DNA from: an uncultured archaeon
Lineage (GTDB): Archaea > Asgardarchaeota > Thorarchaeia > Thorarchaeales > CAZPUN01
Length of the DNA: 32,000 nt
Reading direction: 5' to 3'
Assembly (NCBI GenBank): GCA_964589775.1
Contig: CAZPUN010000017.1
Coordinates: 60,001-92,000 of the forward strand
Positions within the stretch are counted from its first letter, which is position 1. Each line of letters opens with the position of its first letter. This document shows positions 16,530-25,520 of this stretch, piece by piece. The notes beneath the pieces are model-generated. The model ran no database searches and had not been told where the DNA came from. It saw only the letters and a program-made list of their open reading frames with translations. The translations under genes and the position numbers were made by a program.

Positions 16530-17562
16530 CTTTTTTGCCCCCTTTCAGAATTCTTAATTTTCTCTTGTAATAATTAAGAGGATGTGATACACGCTCACAT
16601 AATTTTTCTTCAGGAAAACATAAACCTATTGTGCGTAAATAAGAACACGATGGAGGAGTATAAGGAGTCCTCGACCCGCGAAGGCCCGCAATATGTTCTA
16701 TTTGATACCTTGCAATTTCTGGATCAAAATCAGGCGATGCAGAAAATAAGTTTAGTATATCATCGATTTGCATTCCAATTTTTAGTAGAAATGCAGTCAT
16801 TGCAAACCTTGCTTGATGCGGAAGACCATGTCCACTTTTAGTTTCAGAGATCATATATTTTATGCATGGGGGAAATGCTTCCTCATTAATCTGCGACAGA
16901 TCAACATCAGAATATTTCGCAATCTGACGATTCAGAACAATTTTTACGCGCGAAACAACTTGCTCTAATGCCTCTGGAATTTTTCGGGGAAGTACATGAT
17001 GTGATGTGATAATTCGAAACTTTACTTTTTCAGAGATAAGTCGGACAAGTTCATCTTTATTTAAATATACATAACCTTTGATTAAAAAACGATTTACTAG
17101 TTTCCACGTATCAGAAAAGTAAACTGATGCATCTAGAAATGATGAGAAATGCATTTTAAATTCAATTATTCTAGAACCAAACAGTGGCTCTGTTTCATCA
17201 AAAGAAGTTAATAATACATCCCAGTTTAAAGTTGTTTTAGCAATATGAACTATTTTTTTAAGAGGCTCATCCTTTAACAATACTTCGATACGTTTTGATT
17301 CTGCAGTCGCAAAACGATGCAATAAATATTCATTTCGAATGTAGGCAATGATAAATCTGATTAATGGATAAATAAATATATTTGAATATTGATTTATTCT
17401 TCCGGTCAGTATAACTTCTTTTAAAATAAGCTCGGATTCGCTAAGAACTTTTGAATATTCCGAGCTAGCAAGGTCTGAAAGTGAGATAGGATGACTTTTC
17501 ATATATTCTTCAAATTCTATTGTAAATGGATATTTTAGTAGATCGAGCTTAGATAATTGCAT
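16504..17562 (-). CDS. priL: DNA primase large subunit
   Basis: KYPF, WKLVNR..IKGYVYL, FPPCI, PDFD...ARYQIEHIAG, YTPPSC, C-terminal Fe-S cysteines, HPLNYY. Likely start ATG 17562. Confidence 0.95.
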   Translation of the reverse strand: MQLSKLDLLKYPFTIEFEEYMKSHPISLSDLASSEYSKVLSESELILKEVILTGRINQYSNIFIYPLIRFIIAYIRNEYLLHRFATAESKRIEVLLKDEPLKKIVHIAKTTLNWDVLLTSFDETEPLFGSRIIEFKMHFSSFLDASVYFSDTWKLVNRFLIKGYVYLNKDELVRLISEKVKFRIITSHHVLPRKIPEALEQVVSRVKIVLNRQIAKYSDVDLSQINEEAFPPCIKYMISETKSGHGLPHQARFAMTAFLLKIGMQIDDILNLFSASPDFDPEIARYQIEHIAGLRGSRTPYTPPSCSYLRTIGLCFPEEKLCERVSHPLNYYKRKLRILKGGKKDKSNVSKK

Positions 17563-17586
17563 TTCAGATACTCCAAATTTAAGCAC

Positions 17587-18339
17587 TTAAACTCGTTCAA
17601 CACGAGGCGCGATAATATAGGATATACGACCACCACCAGGAAGGCCAAAATCCATCTGTAATGGGCGTTCAGAAGCAAATTGCAAGCGGACGGTATCTGA
17701 AGCACTTATTGCTTTGATCATATCTGAAAGATAGCTTAATGCATACATTGCACGAGAAGGCGCAGAAATCTCCATAGAGAGAACGGCTTCGTTTTCACGT
17801 TCAACAATAACAGACACTTCACCAGCATCTCCAGTACCTTTAATTTCGAATGCTTTTTCGCTTGCTTCAAATATAACTTGACTCGCAACAACTTGAGCAT
17901 CTCTAATTGCTTGCTTTAATAATTCACCATTCATTTCAATCTTAGTTGTTGATTTGAGATTGGGTTTCTTTGGAATGGGTTCTGTTGAATCGAGTAGAGG
18001 TAATGAGAACACTCGTTTTGCACGACCAACTAACGTAATTTGAAGACGCTCACGTTCGGGTTGAAGACTTAATTGAACAAGATCATCACCCTGAACACGC
18101 TTAGTAACTTTTACGAGATCATCCATACTTACTGATATTTCATATCGTTCATCACAATGATATTCATCGAATGATGCGTTAGGTATGTACAGGTCTACCA
18201 TAGCAGCTTTTGATGGGTCGAGCGCCCTGAGAAATAATGCTTCAGGTTCAGCAACAAATCTTGCCTCATTAATTAAAGTAGATATAGCATCAATGATTTG
18301 CTTCCAGAGTTTTCCGCTAGAAAGAACTGCATTAAACAT
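17587..18339 (-). CDS. pcn: DNA polymerase sliding clamp PCNA
   Basis: RALDPSKAAMVDL, YALSYL, PLQMDF, YIIAPRVE. Confidence 0.97.
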   Translation of the reverse strand: MFNAVLSSGKLWKQIIDAISTLINEARFVAEPEALFLRALDPSKAAMVDLYIPNASFDEYHCDERYEISVSMDDLVKVTKRVQGDDLVQLSLQPERERLQITLVGRAKRVFSLPLLDSTEPIPKKPNLKSTTKIEMNGELLKQAIRDAQVVASQVIFEASEKAFEIKGTGDAGEVSVIVERENEAVLSMEISAPSRAMYALSYLSDMIKAISASDTVRLQFASERPLQMDFGLPGGGRISYIIAPRVERV

Positions 18340-18353
18340 TTAATATAACCTCC

Positions 18354-18707
18354 CTATGAATATAATAGCTCAATTTTTTTCTCCAAATCAATAACTTCTT
18401 TGTACAAATTCACATCGAAATTCTTAATTTCCGATATAGCATCTGCAATAATAATAATTTCATTATTTTGCAATACAACATTACCTATAACAATTACTTT
18501 AGAACCAATATCAATGTTTTTATCAGTAATTATAGTTACACTAGACGTACCATCATCAACAAGCAAAGAACCAGCATGACTGTCAACTACAGTTCCGATT
18601 ATTCGAACCTTAGTAACATCAGGGGATATTTCAATAATTTCCATATATTTTCCAGAAGGTATGTGATACCTTTCACTTTTTGCAGAATCATCACTCAATT
18701 TATACAT
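18354..18707 (-). CDS. Single OB-fold protein, RPA3/RPA14-like
   Basis: KVRIIGTVV...LLVDDGT...GSKVIVIG OB-fold, followed by a C-terminal helix (FDVNLYKEVIDL). Confidence 0.75.
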   Translation of the reverse strand: MYKLSDDSAKSERYHIPSGKYMEIIEISPDVTKVRIIGTVVDSHAGSLLVDDGTSSVTIITDKNIDIGSKVIVIGNVVLQNNEIIIIADAISEIKNFDVNLYKEVIDLEKKIELLYS

Positions 18708-18789
18708 CCCACTTTTTTAATACTACTACTAAAAAAGTCAAAAAAGTATAAAAATTTATACTAATAAAATAAGTTCAAATAGTAGTGGA

Positions 18790-19137
18790 TTAATAACCAC
18801 CATAATTTCGCCAAGTATGACCACATTTGGTACATTTATAAAATTCAGTCATTGCTTCATCTGCACTACGAGTCTGTAATTGCCAATAGTAAGCTTCATT
18901 ATTTCCGCATTTGGGACAGGTTACTTTTACTTTTGGCATAGGTGCACTATCATCCTCAACAACGATAATTTCATCTTTTGGATCTTTTTTGATTTTTTGT
19001 GAAATCACATAATCATCTTTTGATTTAATAGGTTTTTCAAAACCACATTGGCGACATTTTAAAACTAATTCACCACGTTCATTCCGTGCAGGAACCATCA
19101 ATGCGCCACATTCATCACAAAATTCCAAGTGCCTCAC
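18790..19137 (-). CDS. tfs: Transcription elongation/cleavage factor TFS
   Basis: Two Zn ribbons (CDEC..CRQC; CPKC..CTKC) and QTRSADE with the catalytic DE intact. Confidence 0.95.
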   Translation of the reverse strand: MRHLEFCDECGALMVPARNERGELVLKCRQCGFEKPIKSKDDYVISQKIKKDPKDEIIVVEDDSAPMPKVKVTCPKCGNNEAYYWQLQTRSADEAMTEFYKCTKCGHTWRNYGGY

Positions 19138-19185
19138 CAGAACTTTTTAATAAATATTCACAAATTTTGTTTTTAAAAATAGTGA

Positions 19186-19632
19186 CTAAGGCACAAGTGA
19201 TACATTTACATTTACAAGTAATGTAAAAATATGGTCCAATAAAAATTGGAATGCATTAATTGATTTTACATTTAATTCTGAGCGATCATTTATATCAATA
19301 TCGATAAGTTTTGTTTCTAAAATGCTCTTGCACTTTTCAACATCTAAAAAGTCTCCAAGAATTGAAAAACAAATTAAGGCTTCTGAAAAATCTGCCAATG
19401 TATGTAGATCTGAACGTACATGTACATATTTACCAAAATTAGAACGCCTAAAGGCATTTCCAAGTATTGCTGCTGAAACTTTTTTACTAGTTATATGTTT
19501 CATAGAAGCACTAATAGCAAGAGAATAAATCAAATTTGCAAAGACATCACCCAATTTAGCGAGAGCATGATCGTTAATTATATCAAAAATTGTTTTATAT
19601 TTCTCTTTATTAAAAAAAGGTAGAATGACCAA
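19186..19632 (-). CDS. Archaeal stand-alone RNase III-like domain protein
   Basis: LAKLGDVFANLIYSLA and ADFSEALI motifs; no dsRBD. Confidence 0.75.
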   Translation of the reverse strand: MVILPFFNKEKYKTIFDIINDHALAKLGDVFANLIYSLAISASMKHITSKKVSAAILGNAFRRSNFGKYVHVRSDLHTLADFSEALICFSILGDFLDVEKCKSILETKLIDIDINDRSELNVKSINAFQFLLDHIFTLLVNVNVSLVP

Positions 19633-19634
19633 AG

Positions 19635-20561
19635 TTAATCATCCCACTGATTTTCGGTTATTCCACTTTCAATAGATTCATCCTTTGGTACATATTCTCT
19701 AATATCAGTAACTGTATGAACTTCCAGAACGGGTAATTTTAACGTATCAATAAGCCAACTTCTAAAGTAATGTACAGATCTTCGACGAAATAGTTTAACA
19801 TATAATAATGTATTAATTAGTACAACAGAGAATAAGCTCCCAAATGCTATAATAAATATTAACAATAACCAAGTAATACCAATAAATTGTAAAATCAAAA
19901 ACATTACAGCTACAAGATTAATTATATTTAATCCTGCAAATCCTTTAAGGAATCCTTCGAACCATATACCTATATTAAATACAGAACGTAATGTTTCACC
20001 AGATTCGGAAATAAAAGAGAGACCAGCTTCTTTAGATATCCACGGAGCAAAAAATGCAATAGCTAAAATAAAAGGTAACAAGAACGTTTCTATGACTACC
20101 AATATTTGCGAGTGATACGTTAATAAAGATATAGCAGCCTCACGCAAAGTTGGGTCTGAGCCAGCTCGAGCTACGTTAACAACATCACCAAGAAGTAATA
20201 TTAAGGTTATTCCTAAAAATAAGAGCGCACCATACATAGCACGAGAAGCAGATTCTTTCAGCCCCATATGGGGAATTTCAACATCACCTTCTACAAAAAA
20301 GCGACCATTTTTCGATTTAAACACACGAGATACAAAAGCATAAGGAATCATCAAAACGGATCTCTTTTTTAATAGAAGAAAATAAGTAATACCACTAACA
20401 ACCAAGATAATGACTAATGAACCACCTGTAACAGCAAGTTCAGATAATAAAGGATCATTAAAAAATATTGGATTCCCAACCAAGTATAAAATGATATGAT
20501 TAGAAATTATAAATAAAAATACTGCAAATAATATTCCAAGTTTATGGGACTCCATTTTCAT
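19635..20561 (-). CDS. Hypothetical multi-pass membrane protein
   Basis: About 6 hydrophobic segments; co-oriented within the rpoL-tfs cluster. Confidence 0.75.
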   Translation of the reverse strand: MKMESHKLGILFAVFLFIISNHIILYLVGNPIFFNDPLLSELAVTGGSLVIILVVSGITYFLLLKKRSVLMIPYAFVSRVFKSKNGRFFVEGDVEIPHMGLKESASRAMYGALLFLGITLILLLGDVVNVARAGSDPTLREAAISLLTYHSQILVVIETFLLPFILAIAFFAPWISKEAGLSFISESGETLRSVFNIGIWFEGFLKGFAGLNIINLVAVMFLILQFIGITWLLLIFIIAFGSLFSVVLINTLLYVKLFRRRSVHYFRSWLIDTLKLPVLEVHTVTDIREYVPKDESIESGITENQWDD

Positions 20562-20574
20562 TTATATGCACCTA

Positions 20575-20865
20575 CTAAAATGGTTCGAAGTTTTGAACAC
20601 TTTCATCAAATTTAATTGCAAATTCATTAGATCTAGCAATAAGTTTCTCAAGAGCTTCTTTTAAAGCTTCTTTAGCGGGTTTATCTTGCGTTCTTACAGA
20701 CATAATAGGGTTGGAAAGGAGTGGATGCTCAAGGGAATAGCCTGCAAATACGACATAAGGATCTTCAATAAGAATCCTACGTAATACATTACAAAATCCG
20801 TGACTTTCACCAATTACTTCAAACTTCATAAATTCAGGTTTATCTTCAATCATACGAATGGTCAT
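20575..20865 (-). CDS. rpoL: DNA-directed RNA polymerase subunit L (Rpo11)
   Basis: GESHGFCNVLR, VVFAGYSLEHPL; follows csl4. Confidence 0.95.
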   Translation of the reverse strand: MTIRMIEDKPEFMKFEVIGESHGFCNVLRRILIEDPYVVFAGYSLEHPLLSNPIMSVRTQDKPAKEALKEALEKLIARSNEFAIKFDESVQNFEPF

Positions 20866-21472
20866 GAATTTTCACCTCACGTTTAGTTCTATTAGAAATC
20901 CCAAACATAACACCATAATCTTTTGCAATTGCACGACGCTCACGATTACGACACGAAGGGCATATTAATGTATTTCCTTTTAATATTCGCAAATAATCAC
21001 CACAATTTACACATGTAGCTCGAATAACTCCAAGACTACTACCCATAATAGATAGACTCACAGGTAAAACATGAGTTGAAATTACTTTCGCGCGTACAAT
21101 ATCACCAATCGTAAGAGCGTCCCGCATGGTTTTCAAATATCTTGTTGTAACATTAGATATGTGAATCTCACCTGTTATGGGTACAAGTAAATCTTTATTG
21201 TTTATGCGGACAATAGACACTTCCGCACGTTGTTCGAATACATTTTCAACTAAACCAATAATTATATCGCCTTTTTTAGGCAAAGAAAGACTATTATTTT
21301 TCATAGGCATGACTGAAATTGATTTTTCATCATGGTCGATCCGAACAATACCTGCAATTGATGCGTAAATTTTTCCATCATCTTCATATGTTCCGTTTTT
21401 TGGTATAAATTCTTCAATTACTCCCAATTTTTCACCGAGGATTACAAAATCCCCATCTTTAACTTTTACCAA
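20846..21472 (-). CDS. csl4: Exosome RNA-binding cap protein Csl4
   Basis: GEKLGVIEEF, S1 domain (IHISNV, GDIVRAKV), LGVI.ATCVNC...CPSC...ERR. Confidence 0.95.
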   Translation of the reverse strand: MVKVKDGDFVILGEKLGVIEEFIPKNGTYEDDGKIYASIAGIVRIDHDEKSISVMPMKNNSLSLPKKGDIIIGLVENVFEQRAEVSIVRINNKDLLVPITGEIHISNVTTRYLKTMRDALTIGDIVRAKVISTHVLPVSLSIMGSSLGVIRATCVNCGDYLRILKGNTLICPSCRNRERRAIAKDYGVMFGISNRTKREVKIHDHSYD

Positions 21473-21478
21473 TGTAAT

Positions 21479-22096
21479 TTACCTCGTAATAATTCTATAA
21501 ATATCAACGTCAAATACATATTTTTCATGTTTATGAAATGGATATAATGCGCGTATTGGAAATTGCTTAGTCCAAATATCACTTATTTTACCATTATGAG
21601 ATTCTATAAATTTTTTTAAATAACGATAATTACCACTTTTGTGTATTGTATATATAACTTTACTTATTTCTAATGCAAATTCTAAAAATTTTATATCTGC
21701 ACCACGCCTATGGATACCAAATGGAGGGTTCTGAAACACTGTATCGACCGTAGAATCAAGTGGCATGAAAAATACATCAGAAAATATCCATGCAGTATTG
21801 TTTAAGTTTAGCTTCATTGAGTTTCTCTTTGAAATTGAAATTGCACGCCAAGATTTATCAATACCCAAACTCAATTTTGCGCCCATTAATGCACTACCAA
21901 TTGCAAAAAATCCAGAACCACAGCCCAGATCTACTACGATTTTATTAGAGATATCGTGAAACCTAGACTCTGCAATAAATAAGATTTCTGAGACAAGCTG
22001 GATTGGGGTTGGATATTGTTCCAATGAAATATCTTCAGATGGCGCTATATCAAGAGATTGTAGAATAATTTCTAAATTTCTTTTCTTAATTTGCAT
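21479..22096 (-). CDS. METTL5-family SAM-dependent RNA methyltransferase
   Basis: LEQYPTP, DLGCGSG, QNPPFG, AD.KFL, IYTIHK. Likely start ATG 22096. Confidence 0.92.
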   Translation of the reverse strand: MQIKKRNLEIILQSLDIAPSEDISLEQYPTPIQLVSEILFIAESRFHDISNKIVVDLGCGSGFFAIGSALMGAKLSLGIDKSWRAISISKRNSMKLNLNNTAWIFSDVFFMPLDSTVDTVFQNPPFGIHRRGADIKFLEFALEISKVIYTIHKSGNYRYLKKFIESHNGKISDIWTKQFPIRALYPFHKHEKYVFDVDIYRIITR

Positions 22097-22158
22097 AATA
22101 AATACATAACATTGTAAATATATATAAAATATATTAAGAATCCATAAGGCGAAATGCA

Positions 22159-23343
22159 ATGATTAATCCCGAAGATGTTAGAAAGGAGATTACATTATTA
22201 AGAGAAAATAAAATTGCATATTTTGATTCAGCAACCGCGTCATTAATGCCAGATTTTATTATTGATAAAATTTCAGAAGGATATAGGCACTTTGCATTTC
22301 CACCAAATCAGGGCAATAATTCATTAATTAGAAAATCAAAAATAATTATTGAAGAAACTAGAGAATCATTTGAAAAATTTATCGGTGCTGAAGAACAAAC
22401 TATATTTTTTGCTCCGAATATAATGTATGGATTATCGAACATCCTTTGGAGCCTTATTCAGAACAAAAAAGGCCGCATTATAATATCACCATTATTACAT
22501 ACATCGATATTAGGCCCCATCATCAAATTATCAATGATTAATGGTAATAAAATCCAGATAATACAAATTGATGAAAATAATAGACTAGACATTAATTATA
22601 TAACAAGCATATTGGACAAAGATGTAATTGCGATAATTACAGATGATGTATCCTCAATCTATGGAGTACAACAACCGACAAAAGAGATTGCACAACTTTC
22701 TAAAGAATATAATATTCCACATATTGTTGATGCAACAAAAAGTATAGGTCATGATCATTTTTCAATTAAGGAGAAAAAAGTAGACATCGCAATTATGGAA
22801 GGAAACATAGGATTAATGGGACCGAGTGTATCTATGATTCATGTATCTCGGGAAAATTTAGAGAACAGAGAACCAATGCTCTTAGGCGGAGGTACAATTG
22901 AAAAACTTAGTATAGAAAAACTCAAACCTATAAGAAATATCACAAAATATGAAGGCGATTTTATTGATGTTGCAAAAATATACGGATTAAAATATGCAAT
23001 TGAGTATATTCAAAAGATTGGTATTGAAAATATTAGAATTCAAGAGCTAAAAATAATAAGGAAGATTCGAAAAATATTAGAAAACTATGGATTATTAATT
23101 CATTCCACTGAGCAAAGCCAAAACATTATAAGTTTTAGTTCGGAGACCCTTGGCGCACATGATATAGGGATGTTTCTGGATGAAGATGAAATATATATAA
23201 GAACTGGAAAAATTTGTACATATTTAGCTCCAATCTTTAGGAAAATATCTAACGTATGTCAAATATCGATCCATTATTATAACACAATTACTGATGTAAA
23301 AAGATTAGAAGACGGCTTGGAGTCCTTGTTTACGATGATATAA
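22159..23343 (+). CDS. Class V aminotransferase / SufS-like protein with degenerate active site
   Basis: YFDSAT, IVDATKSIGH, MGP, LGGGTI, IRTGKIC, SIHYYNT; the SxHK lysine is absent. Confidence 0.8.
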   Translation: MINPEDVRKEITLLRENKIAYFDSATASLMPDFIIDKISEGYRHFAFPPNQGNNSLIRKSKIIIEETRESFEKFIGAEEQTIFFAPNIMYGLSNILWSLIQNKKGRIIISPLLHTSILGPIIKLSMINGNKIQIIQIDENNRLDINYITSILDKDVIAIITDDVSSIYGVQQPTKEIAQLSKEYNIPHIVDATKSIGHDHFSIKEKKVDIAIMEGNIGLMGPSVSMIHVSRENLENREPMLLGGGTIEKLSIEKLKPIRNITKYEGDFIDVAKIYGLKYAIEYIQKIGIENIRIQELKIIRKIRKILENYGLLIHSTEQSQNIISFSSETLGAHDIGMFLDEDEIYIRTGKICTYLAPIFRKISNVCQISIHYYNTITDVKRLEDGLESLFTMI

Positions 23344-23572
23344 AACTAGGCGGATACATTGTAAAATAATGCAAAACTATTAATAATATAATTCCGCCAA
23401 CAATCATTGATTTTGATTTACGAGAATCATACTCAGTCAACCATAAAATTAGACCTACTGCAATACTTACATAAGCACTAAATTGACCTATTGCAATTAT
23501 AAAATTCCATATATCACTAAAATAACCATATAAAAATTCAAGCAAATTACTAAGGTCAATCAAATAGATCAT
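23330..23572 (-). CDS. Small two-TM membrane protein (80 aa)
   Basis: AGGTGA SD before ATG 23572; two hydrophobic helices flanking a basic loop (SRKSKS). Confidence 0.65.
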   Translation of the reverse strand: MIYLIDLSNLLEFLYGYFSDIWNFIIAIGQFSAYVSIAVGLILWLTEYDSRKSKSMIVGGIILLIVLHYFTMYPPSFISS

Positions 23573-23618
23573 TATTAAATCACCTATAAAATATAAATTA
23601 AAAAAAAGATATAAACTC

Positions 23619-25442
23619 CTACAAAACTGTGACACTTTTTGCAAGATTTCTAGGTTTATCTGGGTCTAAACCTTTTCGAGTAGCCATATAATAGCTGAAT
23701 AATTGTAATGGAACAATATATCCAATAGGACTAAAATCAATTGGAAAATCAGAAGGAATATGAAATGAAAATTTCGATATTGATTCTATTTCACTATCAT
23801 TGTCAGATATTACAGAGATTATTTTTGCATTTCTGGCTTTCATCTCCATTATATTTCCAATGGTTCGCTCTCGCGTTTCATCAGGAGGTACAACAAAAAC
23901 AACTGGAAAATCATGTTCAACCAACGCTATAGGGCCATGCTTAGATTCGCCTGCAGAATATGCTTCGGCATGATTATATGCAATTTCTTTTAATTTTAAG
24001 GCACCTTCCATAGCTGTAGTTATAGATATTCCTCTGCCCAGATAATAAAAACTCTGCTTAGTATATAATTCGTTAGATATAAAGCGCGCAGATTTTTCTT
24101 CACTATTAACTATATTTGATATAAATCCAGGAATTCTAAGCAAATCTGATGAATATGCGGCATATTCACTATTATTTAGTAAGCCCGTTAATTTACCTAA
24201 TTCGATAGATAAACGAGATAAAGTAATTAATTGCACTAGAAATGTCTTTGTAGCTGCAACACCGATCTCAGGCCCAGCTTGAGTAAGAATTGTATAATCT
24301 GAATATGAAGTTATAGAACTACCGATTACATTCGTAATTGATAAGATCTTTGCGCCGTGTCTTTTTGCAAATTTTACTGCATTTATAGTATCCAAAGTTT
24401 CACCGGATTGTGTGATTGCAATAACAATAGATTCCTCACTTAAATTATTATTAATTATATATTCAAATTCACTCGAATTTTCCATAAATGATGACAAGCC
24501 ACTAATCTTTGAGAACAAATATCGCCCAGCGAGACCAGCGTGACCCGAAGTCCCTGCGGCAACAAAAAATATTTCTTTAGAATCATGAATTAATTTAGCA
24601 GCATTAGATATTATATCTTGCTTGACATGCAGAGTGTCGCGTAAGGCTTGTGGTTGCTCATGGATTTCTTTTAGCATAAAGTGTGGGAATCCACCTTTTT
24701 CAGCCATATCTGCAGTCCATGTAATATGAATTTTATCGCGTTTAATTTTATGCCCATCAAAGAGTGATTCAATAGATATGCCATCAAGCGAAACAATAGC
24801 AAATTCACCATCATGTAACAATAATACATCCTTTGTCATTTGAAGAAATGCAGGAATATCAGAAGCACAATAATACGATTCTGCAGATATACCCAAAACA
24901 AGAGGATTGCCATTTCTAATGCAAAATATTTTGTTAGGTTCATATGTAGATATAATAACTATTGCAAAAGTTCCTTCTAAATCCATAGCAGTCTTTCGAA
25001 TAGATTCTTTCAAAGAATTACCTTCAGAAACATATTTTTCGATCAAATGGGGAATTACTTCTGTATCGGTCTCGGATTTGAAAACATGACCTTCAGCAAC
25101 CAAATTACGTTTTAATGATTCAAAATTATCGATTACACCATTATGAACAACAGCGATAGAGTTTGTACAATCTAAATGGGGATGTGAATTTTCCTTTGAA
25201 GGAACACCATGGGTAGCCCAACGAGTATGCCCAATTCCAATAGAACCAGGTAAATCATCGAGATTTAGATAGGCATGCACTTTATCGATTTTACCAACAC
25301 CCTTCTTAAGGTATATTTGATTATTGAAAATAGTAGCAATACCAACTGAATCATAACCGCGATATTCTAGTCTCTTTAAGGCACGATGCAAAAATGGTGC
25401 AACTTGACCATGATTAAATATAGCTGCTGAAATTCCGCACAT
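23619..25442 (-). CDS. glmS: Glutamine-fructose-6-phosphate transaminase (isomerizing)
   Basis: MCGI (catalytic Cys1, so the start is ATG 25442), LEYRGYDS, GHTRWATHG, QSGET, AATKT, DKPRNLAKSVTV. Confidence 0.98.
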   Translation of the reverse strand: MCGISAAIFNHGQVAPFLHRALKRLEYRGYDSVGIATIFNNQIYLKKGVGKIDKVHAYLNLDDLPGSIGIGHTRWATHGVPSKENSHPHLDCTNSIAVVHNGVIDNFESLKRNLVAEGHVFKSETDTEVIPHLIEKYVSEGNSLKESIRKTAMDLEGTFAIVIISTYEPNKIFCIRNGNPLVLGISAESYYCASDIPAFLQMTKDVLLLHDGEFAIVSLDGISIESLFDGHKIKRDKIHITWTADMAEKGGFPHFMLKEIHEQPQALRDTLHVKQDIISNAAKLIHDSKEIFFVAAGTSGHAGLAGRYLFSKISGLSSFMENSSEFEYIINNNLSEESIVIAITQSGETLDTINAVKFAKRHGAKILSITNVIGSSITSYSDYTILTQAGPEIGVAATKTFLVQLITLSRLSIELGKLTGLLNNSEYAAYSSDLLRIPGFISNIVNSEEKSARFISNELYTKQSFYYLGRGISITTAMEGALKLKEIAYNHAEAYSAGESKHGPIALVEHDFPVVFVVPPDETRERTIGNIMEMKARNAKIISVISDNDSEIESISKFSFHIPSDFPIDFSPIGYIVPLQLFSYYMATRKGLDPDKPRNLAKSVTVL

Positions 25443-25520
25443 ATTAAATTCACTCACTGATTTTTAATATATCCTTTAAATAATTAATAAATAAATATAA
25501 TTATGATATATTAAACAATT

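Noticed and set aside
16545-16547. In-frame TGA upstream of priS as selenocysteine or readthrough
   Set aside because: A TAA lies three codons further upstream in the same frame with no start codon in between.
25443-25520. glmS ribozyme
   Set aside because: The spacer is under 80 nt and almost all A/T, with none of the ribozyme core.
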